This document shows positions 19,849-34,243 of a stretch of DNA of 40,340 bases, piece by piece. Position 1 is the first letter of the stretch; each line of letters opens with the position of its first letter. The notes below the pieces were generated by a model. The model was not told the DNA's origin, searched no databases, and saw only the letters and a program-made list of their open reading frames with translations. The position numbers were made by a program, and so were the translations under genes. Source of the stretch: Octopus bimaculoides (lineage: Eukaryota); NCBI RefSeq assembly GCF_001194135.2, contig NC_069000.1:14637705-14678044 (forward strand). The letters run 5' to 3'.

Positions 19849-20510
19849 TGTTTTCTACACCAAACTTCTCACACATATCTTCAAAAGATTACGAAAAAAT
19901 TTATGAACCAGCAGAGGACACTTTTCTTTTGCTTGATGCAATCGAGAAGGACTTTTCTTTTATCAAAAGCCGACAACCATTCATTTGCGTTGAGATAGGA
20001 TGTGGCAGTGGTGTTCCTTTAGTATTTTTAGCCCGTCTTCTGGGACCATCTTCGTTTTATATATGCACAGACATTAACAGAGCAGCAGTACAGATCGCCC
20101 GTGATACGGCATTTCACAACGATGTGGTCGTTGAAGCAGTGGAAACTGATTTAATGTCTGGACTACTTCCGAGACTTTCAAACAAAGTAGATATTCTGTT
20201 ATTTAACCCGCCTTACGTGCCGACACCAAGTGATGATATCAAGTTTAATGCTGCCGATCCCGTCGTAGCCTCGTGGGCCGGAGGCACCAAAGGACGTGAA
20301 GTCATGGATAGACTTTTCCCTCTTGTCCCCCACATTCTGTCCGAAACAGGGATACTTTATTTAGTGGCTGTTGCCGAAAACGATCCGCCAGATATTCTTA
20401 AAACTATGAATAGTTATGGACTGTGCGCTGAAACAGTCATTTCTCGTCGCTCTGGACCTGAGCTACTCAGTGTAATAAGATTTACCAAAAAGTCGATTGT
20501 AAATAAATAA
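19848..20510 (+). CDS. N6AMT1: HemK family methyltransferase N6AMT1/HEMK2 (eRF1 glutamine methyltransferase), intronless CDS
   Basis: 220 aa uninterrupted ORF with YEPAEDTFLLLDA, SAM motif VEIGCGSG, NPPY motif (LLFNPPYVPT) and WAGGTKGREVMDRLFP. An AATAAA (20502-20507) overlaps the last codons. Confidence 0.96.
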   Translation: MFSTPNFSHISSKDYEKIYEPAEDTFLLLDAIEKDFSFIKSRQPFICVEIGCGSGVPLVFLARLLGPSSFYICTDINRAAVQIARDTAFHNDVVVEAVETDLMSGLLPRLSNKVDILLFNPPYVPTPSDDIKFNAADPVVASWAGGTKGREVMDRLFPLVPHILSETGILYLVAVAENDPPDILKTMNSYGLCAETVISRRSGPELLSVIRFTKKSIVNK

Positions 20511-20599
20511 CGTTTATAAAATTGTAAGTTAATGGACTTATTTATAATCATTAATAATAATAGCAATAGTTACTCTCCAAAGGATCTTTAAATTGACTG

Positions 20600-20764
20600 A
20601 GTTATCTTTTATCCTTTACTTGTTTCAGTAATTAGACTGCGGCTATGCTGGGGTATCGCCTTCACTTATTGTCGCAGATACTTGTTATGACGGTTCATTT
20701 AGCCGAACCGCCTAGGTTATGAGGACGTAATCACAACAGCACCGGTTATTAAGAGGTGATGTGG

Positions 20765-20797
<33 letters not shown>

Positions 20798-20848
20798 CAC
20801 GACAGGGTCCTTTCAGTTTCTGTATACCAAATCCACTCCTTATTCATA
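20600..20848 (-). mobile_element. SINE family A, truncated
   Basis: ttttacttgtttcag tail and tttcagtttc..accaaatccactc core in reverse orientation, with internal (CA)n(TA)n. Confidence 0.65.
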
Positions 20849-20850
20849 TA

Positions 20851-20976
20851 CAGGGTGTCCAACAAAGTCTGGGTACATGGGGATTAACACATACTTTAAG
20901 AAATTATTATTTCTTATATTTAATTGTTTGTTATAGTTTTATTTACTCCATGTACCCAGACTTTGTAGACACCCGG
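20851..20976. mobile_element. Tc1/mariner-type MITE, 126 bp, TA target duplication
   Basis: TA|CAGGGTGTCCAACAAAGTCTGGGTACATGG ... CCATGTACCCAGACTTTGTAGACACCCGG|TA. Confidence 0.85.
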
Positions 20977-21105
20977 TAGAAAGCCACCACTTATTAATGA
21001 CGGTAATATAGAACCGCGCTTCTGTGTATTGAAGTATCCATCAATTGGTGATGTTATTCGGGTGGAGATTACTGGTTGAATTGAACGTAGGGTACTCGTG
21101 AAGAA

Positions 21106-21582
21106 GAGTGAAACCGCGCTAGTCATTAAGAAGGTGAAAATAAAACAATTTTGGAATTGAAATAAAATGTTATTCATTTCGGTATAATTCAATTTGTTGT
21201 TATTTTAAATGTTTTCTGATATTTTACCATACGTTCAGAGTTTTGATGCTGCATATTCTAAACAAATAGTAGACAGTCTCAATCATTTAAGTTTTAGCAA
21301 ATGTAGTAATAAAATTCAACTAAAATACAGTTCTCTAAAGGAGAAGAATGAGTTGAATTATATAATTGCAGATTCGAGAATATGATGGAAGTATAAACAA
21401 ATATTGAATTCCATGTAGATGAGTTTCTTGGAGGGAAATATATGGGAAAACCGAGGATAAATGTTTTCAGAACATTCTGAAAACATCTTTCGGAATGGTT
21501 TAATTTTGAATAATAACATTTTATTTCAATTTCAAAATTTGTTTTATGTTCATTTTTCTTAATGACTAGCGCGGGTCCACTC
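21106..21582. mobile_element. Probable non-autonomous TIR element, unclassified
   Basis: 27-bp inverted ends gagtgaaaccgcgctagtcattaagaa / ttcttaatgactagcgcgggtccactc; no clear TSD. Confidence 0.6.
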
Positions 21583-22310
21583 AAGATAACTTATCCATTT
21601 TGTCAGTTTGTTGATGTGTGTTGAGTAGGTAGGATGTAATGAAATGCCTTGGTTCTTTAGTATTCTTTGTTGCTTATATTGGCGTGGTGCGGATTGCATG
21701 TACATCAATTATACGATTCCGAGAGAAAAAAAAAGAAGGTAATTATCTATGCACCGAATCTTTTTATACTACGATAAATTTTCCCTTTTACACCGGTTAC
21801 ATTTTCCACAGTCAAGTATTTATCAACAACACCGGTTCTCAAAATTTTATCAAAATTTCATTTTCCTTTAATTTTCTGTTATTTTACACACTTAAAGTGC
21901 TTATAGCGAGAAAAAAAAATCACAGACTTTTTTGGTAATTTTTTTTTCTTGGTGAAAATCGTGCGGGTGTTAATATAAAAATTTACCGAGGAAAGACTTT
22001 GTTTCCTCATAACTTCCAGAAAATTCATATTAATGAAATTTTCTTCAAATATGCTTCTGATAGTGTAAATTCTGATTATATTAGAATTTGTTGTGAAATT
22101 TATTCAGGAAGTTGGGAGAGAAGTTTTGGAAAATTCACACATGTCGGCTTTGTTTGCTCATAACTTTCAGAAAAGTGTATTTGTAAAAAAATTCATATAA
22201 AAATATCCATTTTCCTGGAAGTGGAAAGAAAGTCGGGGTGGAGACACTTGTGTAAGTATGCCGGAGAATGATCCCAAACTCCTAAAACAACATCAACTAC
22301 AATAATAATA

Positions 22311-22649
22311 GGAGAGTATTGTAGTTCGCTTGAAGCATTATGTATTGTTTGTAAAGAATAAAAAGTTTTGAATGGTACAACAATGCATTATAATACAAAA
22401 AACGGACTATATACCTGTTGTAATTTAGTTATCCATAGTCCGATTATATTTCGGAATACAATTCCTTCAGATATTCTTAGATGGAGTCTCTGCAACAGTT
22501 TATAGCAGAGACTCCATCTAAGAATATCTATAGAAGGAATTGTATTCCGAAATATCATCGGACTATGGATAACTAAATTACAACAGGTATATAGTCCGTT
22601 TTTTGTATTATAATGCATTGTTGTACCATTCAAAACTTTTTATTCTTTA
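22311..22649. mobile_element. Foldback (palindromic) element, copy 1
   Basis: Arms 22352-22493 and 22505-22649, 11-nt loop, one mismatch and one 3-nt indel; the intact left end follows TA. Confidence 0.88.
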
Positions 22650-24589
22650 ATAATAATATATTCGTAATCTACACCCTTGAAAACGTATCTACAAAATTTC
22701 ATATAAAATATACCCCCTTTTTCTCCTGCCTAATCCAGAAAATATTTAGGAAATGAAATCGGTGGTAGGGGCACCTAACTAGCTGTAGTTATTTAAACAA
22801 AAAGTGACCAGTGACATGCATTTGAATAACAGACAAATACAGGTATATTAAATACCATACAACATACATGCTTCATTTATTAAAATTACCTCCGCTTCTA
22901 TTGGTTTTATCATAATTACTAAATGGCAATTAAGAACAGCTCCACTCGAGAAGTTAACACCAAGAATTAAGTAATCTCCAAAATTGAAATGCCATTAAGG
23001 AAAAGGACAGGTTTATAGTTTTGAGATAAGAGAGCAATCATGGACACATTTTCCTAACTCAACAATCATTGATAGCATGACAATCATCTTAATTCATTTC
23101 TAGTAACCAAAGGATGCTGTCTTTGTTATATGATATACAGGAGCTGACATGTTGAAAACATTGAGTATCCTGGATTTTACTGTCTAAAATAAATTATTCA
23201 AGATATATACTACACGGTCCAATTCATTTTGATTTTTGTGTATGTGCTAAGAAATTTCAACACAACTACAGCTCCCCATCTGTGACCTGACCAACCTGTC
23301 CATTGATCCCTAACCCCTATGTTAATCCTAACTCCTTTGCCAAATAATATCATAAAATGCATTATATTTTAGTTGCGTTTTATTACTACATTTGCTAAAA
23401 CTTAAATGATTGAGACTATTTGTTTTTAAAATGTTCAGTTTTGTGGGAAGTTTGAGTGTTTATTTACTAAGTAGAATGATTATGTACAGAACTTCATTTG
23501 GCTCAGGCATATTTACTTTAAAAACGCTAGAGTATTGTTTGAGGGAATTTGGCTGCTATTTCATGTAGACTGTGGCAAGGATTATGACAACACTCACCAA
23601 GTTAAACAAGGAGACTGTCTAGAAGAGTTGCAGGAGATTCTGAAGTTGTCTGGAGGCCATGGTTGAAGCCAATGGCGATTTTATTGAATAAATTTACTGT
23701 TTAATATTTTAAGATATTTTTACATAATTTTGGTAAATATATCTGTTAAAATGAGATGTCAGTGTTATTTTCATTTTTGCATAATTTAGACAGCAACTTA
23801 TTCCCCGCACCCTGTATATATATGTATGTGTGTGAGTGTTTATTTATTTATGTGTTTCAGCCAAGTGGCTGCGGTCATGCTGGTGCACATTTACACACAC
23901 ACATATATATATATATTAGGAATTGTGTTTACAAATGGCTGTATGACAGCTACTATTATAGTTAGAGCTTTACACAGATTATTATAATCCAGTCTGCTTC
24001 CTGTTTCCTTGTAATTGTTAACTTCTATACTGGGTAGTATTACCAGTTTCAAGCTATAGAGCGAATGTAGGAGAAATAAGAATGAACACAAGTTTATAGT
24101 GTAGTTCCTACATACATTTCCCCATTATGTTGTTTGGAGCTCTGTAATAGGCATTCCATGTGCATTTAATAGCTTAAAGCAATAAAGTGTTCCCTCATGG
24201 TCTGCTGTAGGTGAACATCTAAATGCACTTGGAACACCTTTATCAGGGCTCCATACAACCACAATGGCAAAATGCATGCAGGAGCTAGAGAACAAAGTTT
24301 GTGTTTATCCTCATTTCTCATGAGAGAGAGATGCTACAACTGAGAGTAAAAAGATGTATCTGGATAGAAAATGTATTTGTGAAATACAAATTTTTATCAG
24401 AGATAACTGTCAAATGTTTATGCGACATAGCATTTGAAGGTTATCCCTGACAAAGTGCCATGTATTCATGAATTTATTTCTGTTAGTTATCTATGTTATA
24501 TTATTGGATTAAATAACAAAATGTTTAACTTATTTATTTTAATTCTTTGTTTTATTTATATGATTAATTGATTGGGTATACAGATCAAA

Positions 24590-24840
<251 letters not shown>

Positions 24841-25315
24841 ACATGTACATATAGATACATAACTGGGTACATGACGTGGCAAAAGAACAAGGACAAAATG
24901 GTAAACAAGGTGCAACAAACAAGCAGGCCACATAGAAACATCCCCTTCATCAGCTGCCACCATTAAAACTCCGGCGTTTCGAAGAATTAAGGCAGTATGC
25001 ATCGTTAAAATGGTTCTTCCCACGAACACAAATTAAATTGTTTTCGTGGAGGGTAGTGGCGGACGGAAAACAAGACAGGAAAACGAAGTGTGTGTGACTA
25101 TGAATATCTCTACATATATGTGTGTGTGTGTGTGTGGTGAGTGTGTTATTTCAGTTTATCATTTCTAATGATTTCATTTTGTAGGTTCATACTAAAACAA
25201 ATTTGCCTCAATGTTTATGAGAAAGAAGAAATTCTAAATGGCTGATTAAAGAATTTCTCATAAGATTCAAAGCATTTTTTTCATTTTCTACAGAACTGAT
25301 GAGGAGTGTATCTTT

Positions 25316-25703
25316 CATCTTTTACTTGTTTCAATGAATTAACTACAGCCATGCTGGGGCAGCACCTTGAAGTGTTTTAGTCAAACAAATTGATCCCAGT
25401 ACTTATTTTTTTTAAAGCCTGGTACTTATTTCATCAGTACCTTTTGTCAAACTACTAAGTTACAGGGATGTAAACAAACTGACATCAATTGTCAAGTGGT
25501 GGTGGAGGCCAAACAAAAATACAAAGATTAGCATGTATACAATGAGTTTTTTTCAATTTCCATCTACCAAATCCACTCAAAAGGCTTTAGTTGCCTCAGG
25601 GCTATGATAGAAGACACTTTCCCAAAGTGTCATGCAGTGGGACTGAACCCAGAACCATGTGGCCGGGAAGCAAATTTTTTTTTACCACACACTCATGCCT
25701 GCA
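25316..25703 (-). mobile_element. Full-length, diverged SINE family A
   Basis: Collinear reverse match to 1594-1992 from head to tail. Confidence 0.8.
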
Positions 25704-26019
25704 ATATTTATCAAATTGTATCTCCTAAGGTTGAGAAAAGTGAAAATTCCAAAGAAATCCAGTAAAATCTAAAGAAGGCATCTATGGAGATACACATACA
25801 AAGATAGATAGCTAGATAGATACATACATACATACATACAATAGGTTTCTTTCAGTTTCCATCTACCGAATCCACTCACAAGGCTTTGGTTGGCTTGAAT
25901 TGGGAACAAAAATTGATGGTTACAAAAGGAATGAAATTCAAAGATATTGAAAAACTACAACTACCATTAATAATAATGATTTTTTAAACTTTGGTACAAG
26001 GCCAAAAATTTCAATGTAA

Positions 26020-26170
26020 TGGAAATAATTGATTGCATCCACCCCTGTATTTGACTGGTATTTATTTTATTGACCTCTGAACGATAAAATGCAAAGATAA
26101 CCATAGCAGGATTTGAACTCAGAATATAAAATAATGCAATGAAATACTGCAAGGCATTTCATCCAATGTT
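26020..26170 (-). mobile_element. Degenerate SINE family C
   Basis: Reverse of ggcaaaattggtagaac..gagttcaaatcc..ggtcaataaaataaaataccagt. Confidence 0.55.
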
Positions 26171-26619
26171 CTACCAATTTTGCCGATCCACAATCAAAGA
26201 GAAAGAAGAGAGAGAGAGTCCTCAAAATTTTACAGTTGCCATAGCTACAACAGTGTGTAAAAGATACTGGTTCAAATTTATTCCTAAGTTCTTTAGTTTC
26301 AAAAATAATCATTATTACAATACAGTTGGGAATTTACCCATTAAGTATTGATTTTTCCTGCAAAATTTCCAATAAATTCCTGTAATACCAAATAGAAGTC
26401 TAAATGTCATGTAATACAATGAATCACTGTGCTATTAATTAATTTTTTTTAAACCCCTCAAAGGACAGTATGAGAGAAGCCTTAAAAACTTTCAAGAATT
26501 CATCTCTACTCCTATCACACTTATTTATTTGCAATCTTTGTTTTCTTTCTAGAAATCTTGCTCCAGACCTGACAAAAAATTCAAAAGTTGACAGTTCCTA
26601 CTCCTACCATTACCACACA

Positions 26620-26710
26620 TATATATGTATATTTATATATATATATGTATATATATATATTTATGTGTATATATATACATGTATATATATATATATTTAT
26701 GTGTATATAT

Positions 26711-26791
<81 letters not shown>

Positions 26792-26796
26792 CATAT

Positions 26797-26835
<39 letters not shown>

Positions 26836-26860
26836 CACGTGTATATATATACACACACAT
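26620..26860. repeat. (TA)n-rich microsatellite
   Basis: Direct reading. Confidence 0.95.
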
Positions 26861-26863
26861 ACC

Positions 26864-27088
26864 ATTTCGAGCGTGGCCGTTGTCAGTACCGCCTGACTGG
26901 CCTTCGTGTGGGTGACACGTAAAAGCACCCACTACACTCTCTGAGTGGTTGGTGTTAGGAAGGGCATCCAGCTGTAGAAACTACCAAATTAGATTGGAGC
27001 CTGGTGTTGCCATCCGGTTTCACCAGTCCTCAGTCAAATCGTCCAACCCATGCTAGCATGGAAAGCGGACGTTAAATGATGATGATGA
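26864..27088 (+). mobile_element. Family D retroposon, one internal repeat unit, (GAT)n tail
   Basis: Ends gtccaacccatgctagcatggaaagcggacgttaaatgatgatgatgat. Confidence 0.85.
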
Positions 27089-27767
27089 TACACACACACA
27101 TACATAAATATACAAGGCGGGATATTATATTTTGCCACCAAGATAAAAGAAATCCCTGACAAGACTGAAGAATACCTCTGTTCTATATTACTGTTTGACC
27201 AACTCTGCCTTTATATTACAAAAATTGACATTGTGTGCTGAATATAGAGAAATCGATCTTCTATAGAAACTTTTAAGCAAGTTTCCAATTTTCAATTATC
27301 ATATGAAAGAGAGAAATACCGTATACAATACAATGTTAAGCCAAAGGAAGCAAATATTTGTAAATCTATTTCATCCTATATTGATTTCCGATAGATACAC
27401 ATTTTGTAGGGAAGAATCAGTTGATTACCTCAACACTGAGTAGAATTTATTTTATAGAGAGCCTGGATGGATAAAAGGTGAAATTGAATTTGGTGGGATT
27501 GATCCTACAATGATAGGCAATGGGTCCACAATAGTGTTTCATTTCATCATACAAAGTACAAAGGCATCACAGGGAAACGTTTTGCATTCGTAAACTTCAA
27601 TAATTTTATACAATTTATACAATGCTTGACCAACAGGAGAGAGAAAGATAAAGAGAGAGAGACTGGCAAATCATTGTAGTCATGCAGCTATGTCAGTACT
27701 ACAATGACTCAAAAATATGAGAAAATATATGTTATTCTCTAAATGTATAGTAGAAATCCCTATAGAT

Positions 27768-28020
27768 GGCACAGGTATGTATGTGTGGTAAGAAACTTGT
27801 TTCTCAACCACATGGCTCTGGGTTCAGTCCCACTGCATGGTACTTTGAGTGTCTTCTACTACAGCCTCAGGCTGACCAAAACCTTCTGAGTGGATTTTGG
27901 TGGACAGAAACTGAAAGAAAACCATTGTGTATATGTGTGTGAGTATATATATATATATATAAATTTAATATGGGGTCTACCTTTAGCATATTAAGAATCC
28001 ACCTAGTGGTCATTCCTCTT

Positions 28021-28055
<35 letters not shown>

Positions 28056-28336
28056 ATATAGAACAAAAAATGGACTGTATACCTGTTGTAACTTGGTAAA
28101 CTGTAGTCCAATGATATTTCGGAATTAGAGTTCCTTCTTCAGATCTTAGCAGAGATTCCAGCAAATTAAGATCTGAAGAAGGAATTCTAATTCCGAAATA
28201 TCATTGGACTACAGTTTACCAAGTTACAACAGGTATACAGTCCATTTTTTGTTCTATATTGCATTGTTATACCTTCCTAAACTTTTTATTCTTTACAAAC
28301 AATACACAATGCTTCAAGCGAACTACAATACTCTCC

Positions 28337-28367
<31 letters not shown>

Positions 28368-28612
28368 GTACAGTTGTATATACTCATCTGTATGTACCTT
28401 TGTGTCTGCGTTTGTCCCACCATCACTGCTTGACAACTGATGTTGGTGTGTTTACATTCCCAGAACCAAAACGTCCAATAGAATAAGTACCAGGCTTTTA
28501 GAAAAACAATAAGTCCTAGGGTCGATCTATTCAACTAAAACCCTTCAAGGCTACAATCTAAAACCCCAGCATAGCCACAATCAAATCACTGAAACAAGTA
28601 AAAGATATAAAG
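27768..28612 (+). mobile_element. SINE family A, interrupted in its (TA)n tract by foldback copy 2
   Basis: Head/core at 27768-27930 and 3' module at 28385-28612, collinear with 1594-1992. Confidence 0.75.
28051..28336. mobile_element. Foldback (palindromic) element, copy 2
   Basis: Arms 28051-28148 and 28167-28264 (97/98 complementary); the intact right end ctctcc|TA mirrors the left end of copy 1. Confidence 0.88.
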
Positions 28613-29195
28613 ACATATGTGTCACCCCTCCCAAAAAAAAAAAAATGTATACACACTTTAACAACTGATAACTCACACATTACAGGGGGAACATCATGTT
28701 AATTTACCAGAAGTTATAGTGTAGTGCAGTTTATCATCATCAACAGGATTAATTGGACCATTCTCTTATGGTACCATAACTTGCTCCATTTATTTGAACT
28801 TGCTCTCATGAGAAGTATAAAAGAGGACTTGAAGATGTAGACATTTTATTTGCATGAACATGGGGCACCAACAACACTACCATAGTAATGTAAGGGCTTA
28901 CCTTTATAAGATTTTACCAAAAAGATTGCATGAAGAGGTCCAGTAGAACACCCTCCATGTTTGCTACTAGAATTTGTTTTATGGAGATACTGCAAAGCTA
29001 AAGTTTACATTACAAAACTAGTAACAATTGACAAATTAAGTCCAGCTATTCAACAAAATTGCTGACAAATACTTCTTTCTTTATATTTGTGATCCCATCG
29101 CTTTGCATTATCAGCAGTGCTTAAACCAGAATGATCATCAGTTTGAAAAACAGGAAATCATAACAAAATTATATTCTCTCTGTAGATTCTATTAA

Positions 29196-29417
29196 CCCTT
29201 TCGTTACAAACCTGGCTGAAACCGGCTCTGGCTCTGTAGTACAAATGTCTTGTTTTCATAAGTTTTGAATTAAAATCTTCCACCAAACCTTAGTCACAAT
29301 TTATGTTCCTAACACTAGCTGAATGATAACTATGTTATTTTACTAAATTCTTTGTTATATTTAAAATTAAATGAAAGAAACACAGAGCATCTTGAAATAA
29401 ATACAGTAATGAAAGGG
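29196..29417. mobile_element. piggyBac-type MITE, second family, 222 bp
   Basis: TTAA|CCCTTTCGTTAC ... GTAATGAAAGGG|TTAA. Confidence 0.85.
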
Positions 29418-29521
29418 TTAAACCTTGGAAGTAAAATGTATTTTAATAAACACCGATTTTGTAATCATTCAACGTATACTTTTTTCTGGGACATCATATA
29501 TATATATATATACATATGCTT

Positions 29522-29712
29522 AAAAGTTCCTGGCTTTAAGTTTATCACAAAAGACCTGGTTGGAGGCCCAACCATCCAATTTTTTTTTCGGGGATTAGAA
29601 AAACTGAAGGACCACTGCAATAAGTGCGTGAATCTGAGAGGGAAAGATGTTGAATAAAATCATAATTAACTGATCCTCCTGTATTTTCTTTTATGTAAAG
29701 CCAGGAACTTTT
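29522..29712 (+). mobile_element. mariner-derived MITE retaining the transposase C-terminus
   Basis: Inverted ends aaaagttcctggcttta / taaagccaggaactttt; GLEKLKDHCNKCVNLRGKDVE*. Confidence 0.8.
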
Positions 29713-31439
29713 CGGCAACCCCGCTCATATATATAACACCACTCGACCCAACCCAACCCATGTGAATATGGATACAACAGTGATAAAACATGTTGCATTC
29801 ATGTGTTTCATGGATATTCTTTAGGTTTCAATCCATTATTACACTTTTTCTTTTATTATACAGGAAAGAATAAGAAGAGAGAGAGAGAGAGAAGAGAGGA
29901 AGAATTATGTTGTATTCAGGAATCAGGAGTTATACATGATTACAACAAAAGAACACACACACATACACAAAAAGTATATAGTAAATTGTCTCTAGCTTCT
30001 CTTCCTTTCTTTTGCTATATTTTTCCTTGACTTTCCATTACATATATATATATATATATATACATACACACACACATATGTAACAGAAGGAAGAAATGTG
30101 TTGGATTCAAAGTAGCTATTTCATCATACAATGACAAACCGTAGAAACATAGGAGTAGATAGATGCATGTATGCTGTGTTTGTTAATGTTTTCGAGTTCA
30201 TCCAATGTGTTAAGTCCACTAAGTGTTAAAAAAAGCTGGGTTATGTCTTAATGTGTCCAGGTTATCATAACAACAAAGATAAGACTATAAGACATGTACT
30301 GTATTGTATTCATGGTTTTTTGTCATTTTGCTTTGCTTTTTTTTTGTTTTGTTTTTTTTTTCACTTTCTTTTCATTTTTTTTCTTTTTTGCATAAAACAA
30401 AAAAATTTTCGAGCCCAGAAGTAAAAGGAGTTTAATTATTTTTGTATATCTTCTTTCTTCATACACAACACACCAGAGGTTTTTTAAAAATCATCAAGAG
30501 AAGGTAGTGTCATAGTAAACGGTATTGTTATCTTCTATTTCATTACATAATGATTAGGCCACAGATTTTTTTTTTTAAAAGGGGAGATAATGTACTAGTC
30601 ATTCCCTCCTCCTAGTTCAATGTTATTATACAATCGGAGACTAGAGATATCATTTGCAGTTGCAAAAATACTTCCATGAAAGAAGAAAAAATTTTGGTTA
30701 TTACATATGGTGCTTACAAATATTCTTTTTTTTTCTTCTCTTTACACTGTACAAATATTTTTGAACAATATAGTTGCAGTCTAAACATCTTTTCTTTTTT
30801 TTTTTAATCTTTCTTTTTTTCTTTTTATTACTTTTTTTTTTTAATGTACAATATTTGCAGATAGATAAGACACATTTTTTTTACTCTTTGGGGAAAAAAA
30901 AAAAAAAAAAAATGTACCCCCGAAACAGTTTAAATATATTTATAAAGCTGGGTAATTTACCCAGAATAATTATAGTTGAAAATTACATTTGCTTTTTCCC
31001 CTACAAAAAAAATTACACTTGGAATTAAAAAAAAAAAAAAATGGTGAAATGTATTATAATCCGGTGCAACTTATATATGCTGGCAAATATGGTATATTTT
31101 AAGGCTTTCAAAATTAAAAAAAAAATTAATAAATAAAATAAAAATAGTCTCAGAACAATATTTGAAATTTTCTTTAGGTTAGGTTGTTTTGAGAGACACA
31201 AAACTTTGTACAAATTCCTTTTTTAAACCTTCGATGGAATTGAGGTTTTCATTACAATAAACAAAAAGACAAAATCCTAACCCTAACAAAGTTGATATTT
31301 TTAAGGGGAATTCTTGAGAGACTATAAGGCCACAACTTGTGTATATTTTTAATTCTGTTATTTATCAAGTAAGTGTTAATGAATGTGCAAATATTTGCTC
31401 TTACAATCATTCACAAGCACACACATACAAACACAGAAG

Positions 31440-33390
<1,951 letters not shown>

Positions 33391-34022
33391 TATACATTCG
33401 CAGTTCAATTTCTCTGTTGTCTTTATCTAAAAATGTGTGAATATTTATGTTTTTTGTTGCTTTCTGCAAGAAACAGTGATGAAGGGAGAGGGTGAATCAT
33501 CAGCTTGAAGCAAATGAATAAACTGCATTACGCACATATATATGTGTTTATGTGTGTGTGTGTGTGTCTGTTCATTTATGATTAAATTTCTAAAATGGAA
33601 GAAGAAAAGATAAGTGAGTTTGAAACAAGTGAGATATTATGCTATAAATATATTATCTTGATAAATTTTACAATATTGATCTTCTAAAGGATAAACTAAG
33701 TTGGCAGAAACTATATAGATCACAAGACAAAAACGTCTTACATCTATTTAGTTTTGATTTTTCTATATGACCTGAATTTAAATTTCTTCAGGCCAACACA
33801 CTACATGCTTTTCATTACATTTCCAGGAACACAGAAGCAATTCAATTGATTGCAATCCATCTCTGTATAAAGCTTATATATCACCTAGTTAGAAAGAAAT
33901 TCTCATCTTTTGAATAGACATACAGTTCTGCTCTAAGTAAGCTAAGTTAACTGACTTGACACTGAATATAATAGCTGTACAAAGAGAGGTATGTGGAGTG
34001 CAGGAATGCGTCCATTCTTTAA

Positions 34023-34243
34023 CCCTTTAGCATTCAAATTACTTTGACGAATGTAATGCTTATTTATTCATATTGTTTTGGATTTATCATGCATTATCTC
34101 ATACTCTCAACATTTCAATGACATGATTATTTTATTCTTAGATTGACATTGTAGGGCAGGTGGGAAAGGCTGGATCTGGTTAGTTTGAACATAAAGCACA
34201 TAAAATATTTTGGCCAGATATAGCCGGTTTAAATGCTAAAGTG
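34023..34243 (+). mobile_element. piggyBac-type MITE, near full length
   Basis: TTAA|CCCTTTAGCATT ... AATGCTAAAGTG|TTTA. Confidence 0.8.

Noticed and set aside
24116-24284. Exon-like segment on the minus strand (ttctctag|…|gtatgt)
   Set aside because: All three frames contain stops and no peptide is recognisable; a non-coding exon cannot be excluded without RNA data.
24935-24990. Hammerhead ribozyme cores (GAAAC and CTGATGA on the minus strand) in a Penelope-like-looking repeat
   Set aside because: The order would require a type II topology, but stem I does not form and stem II starts with a mismatch.
30100-31340. Homopolymer-rich stretch resembling a long 3'UTR (also 38240-39420)
   Set aside because: The resemblance is compositional only; no linked coding exon was found in the window.
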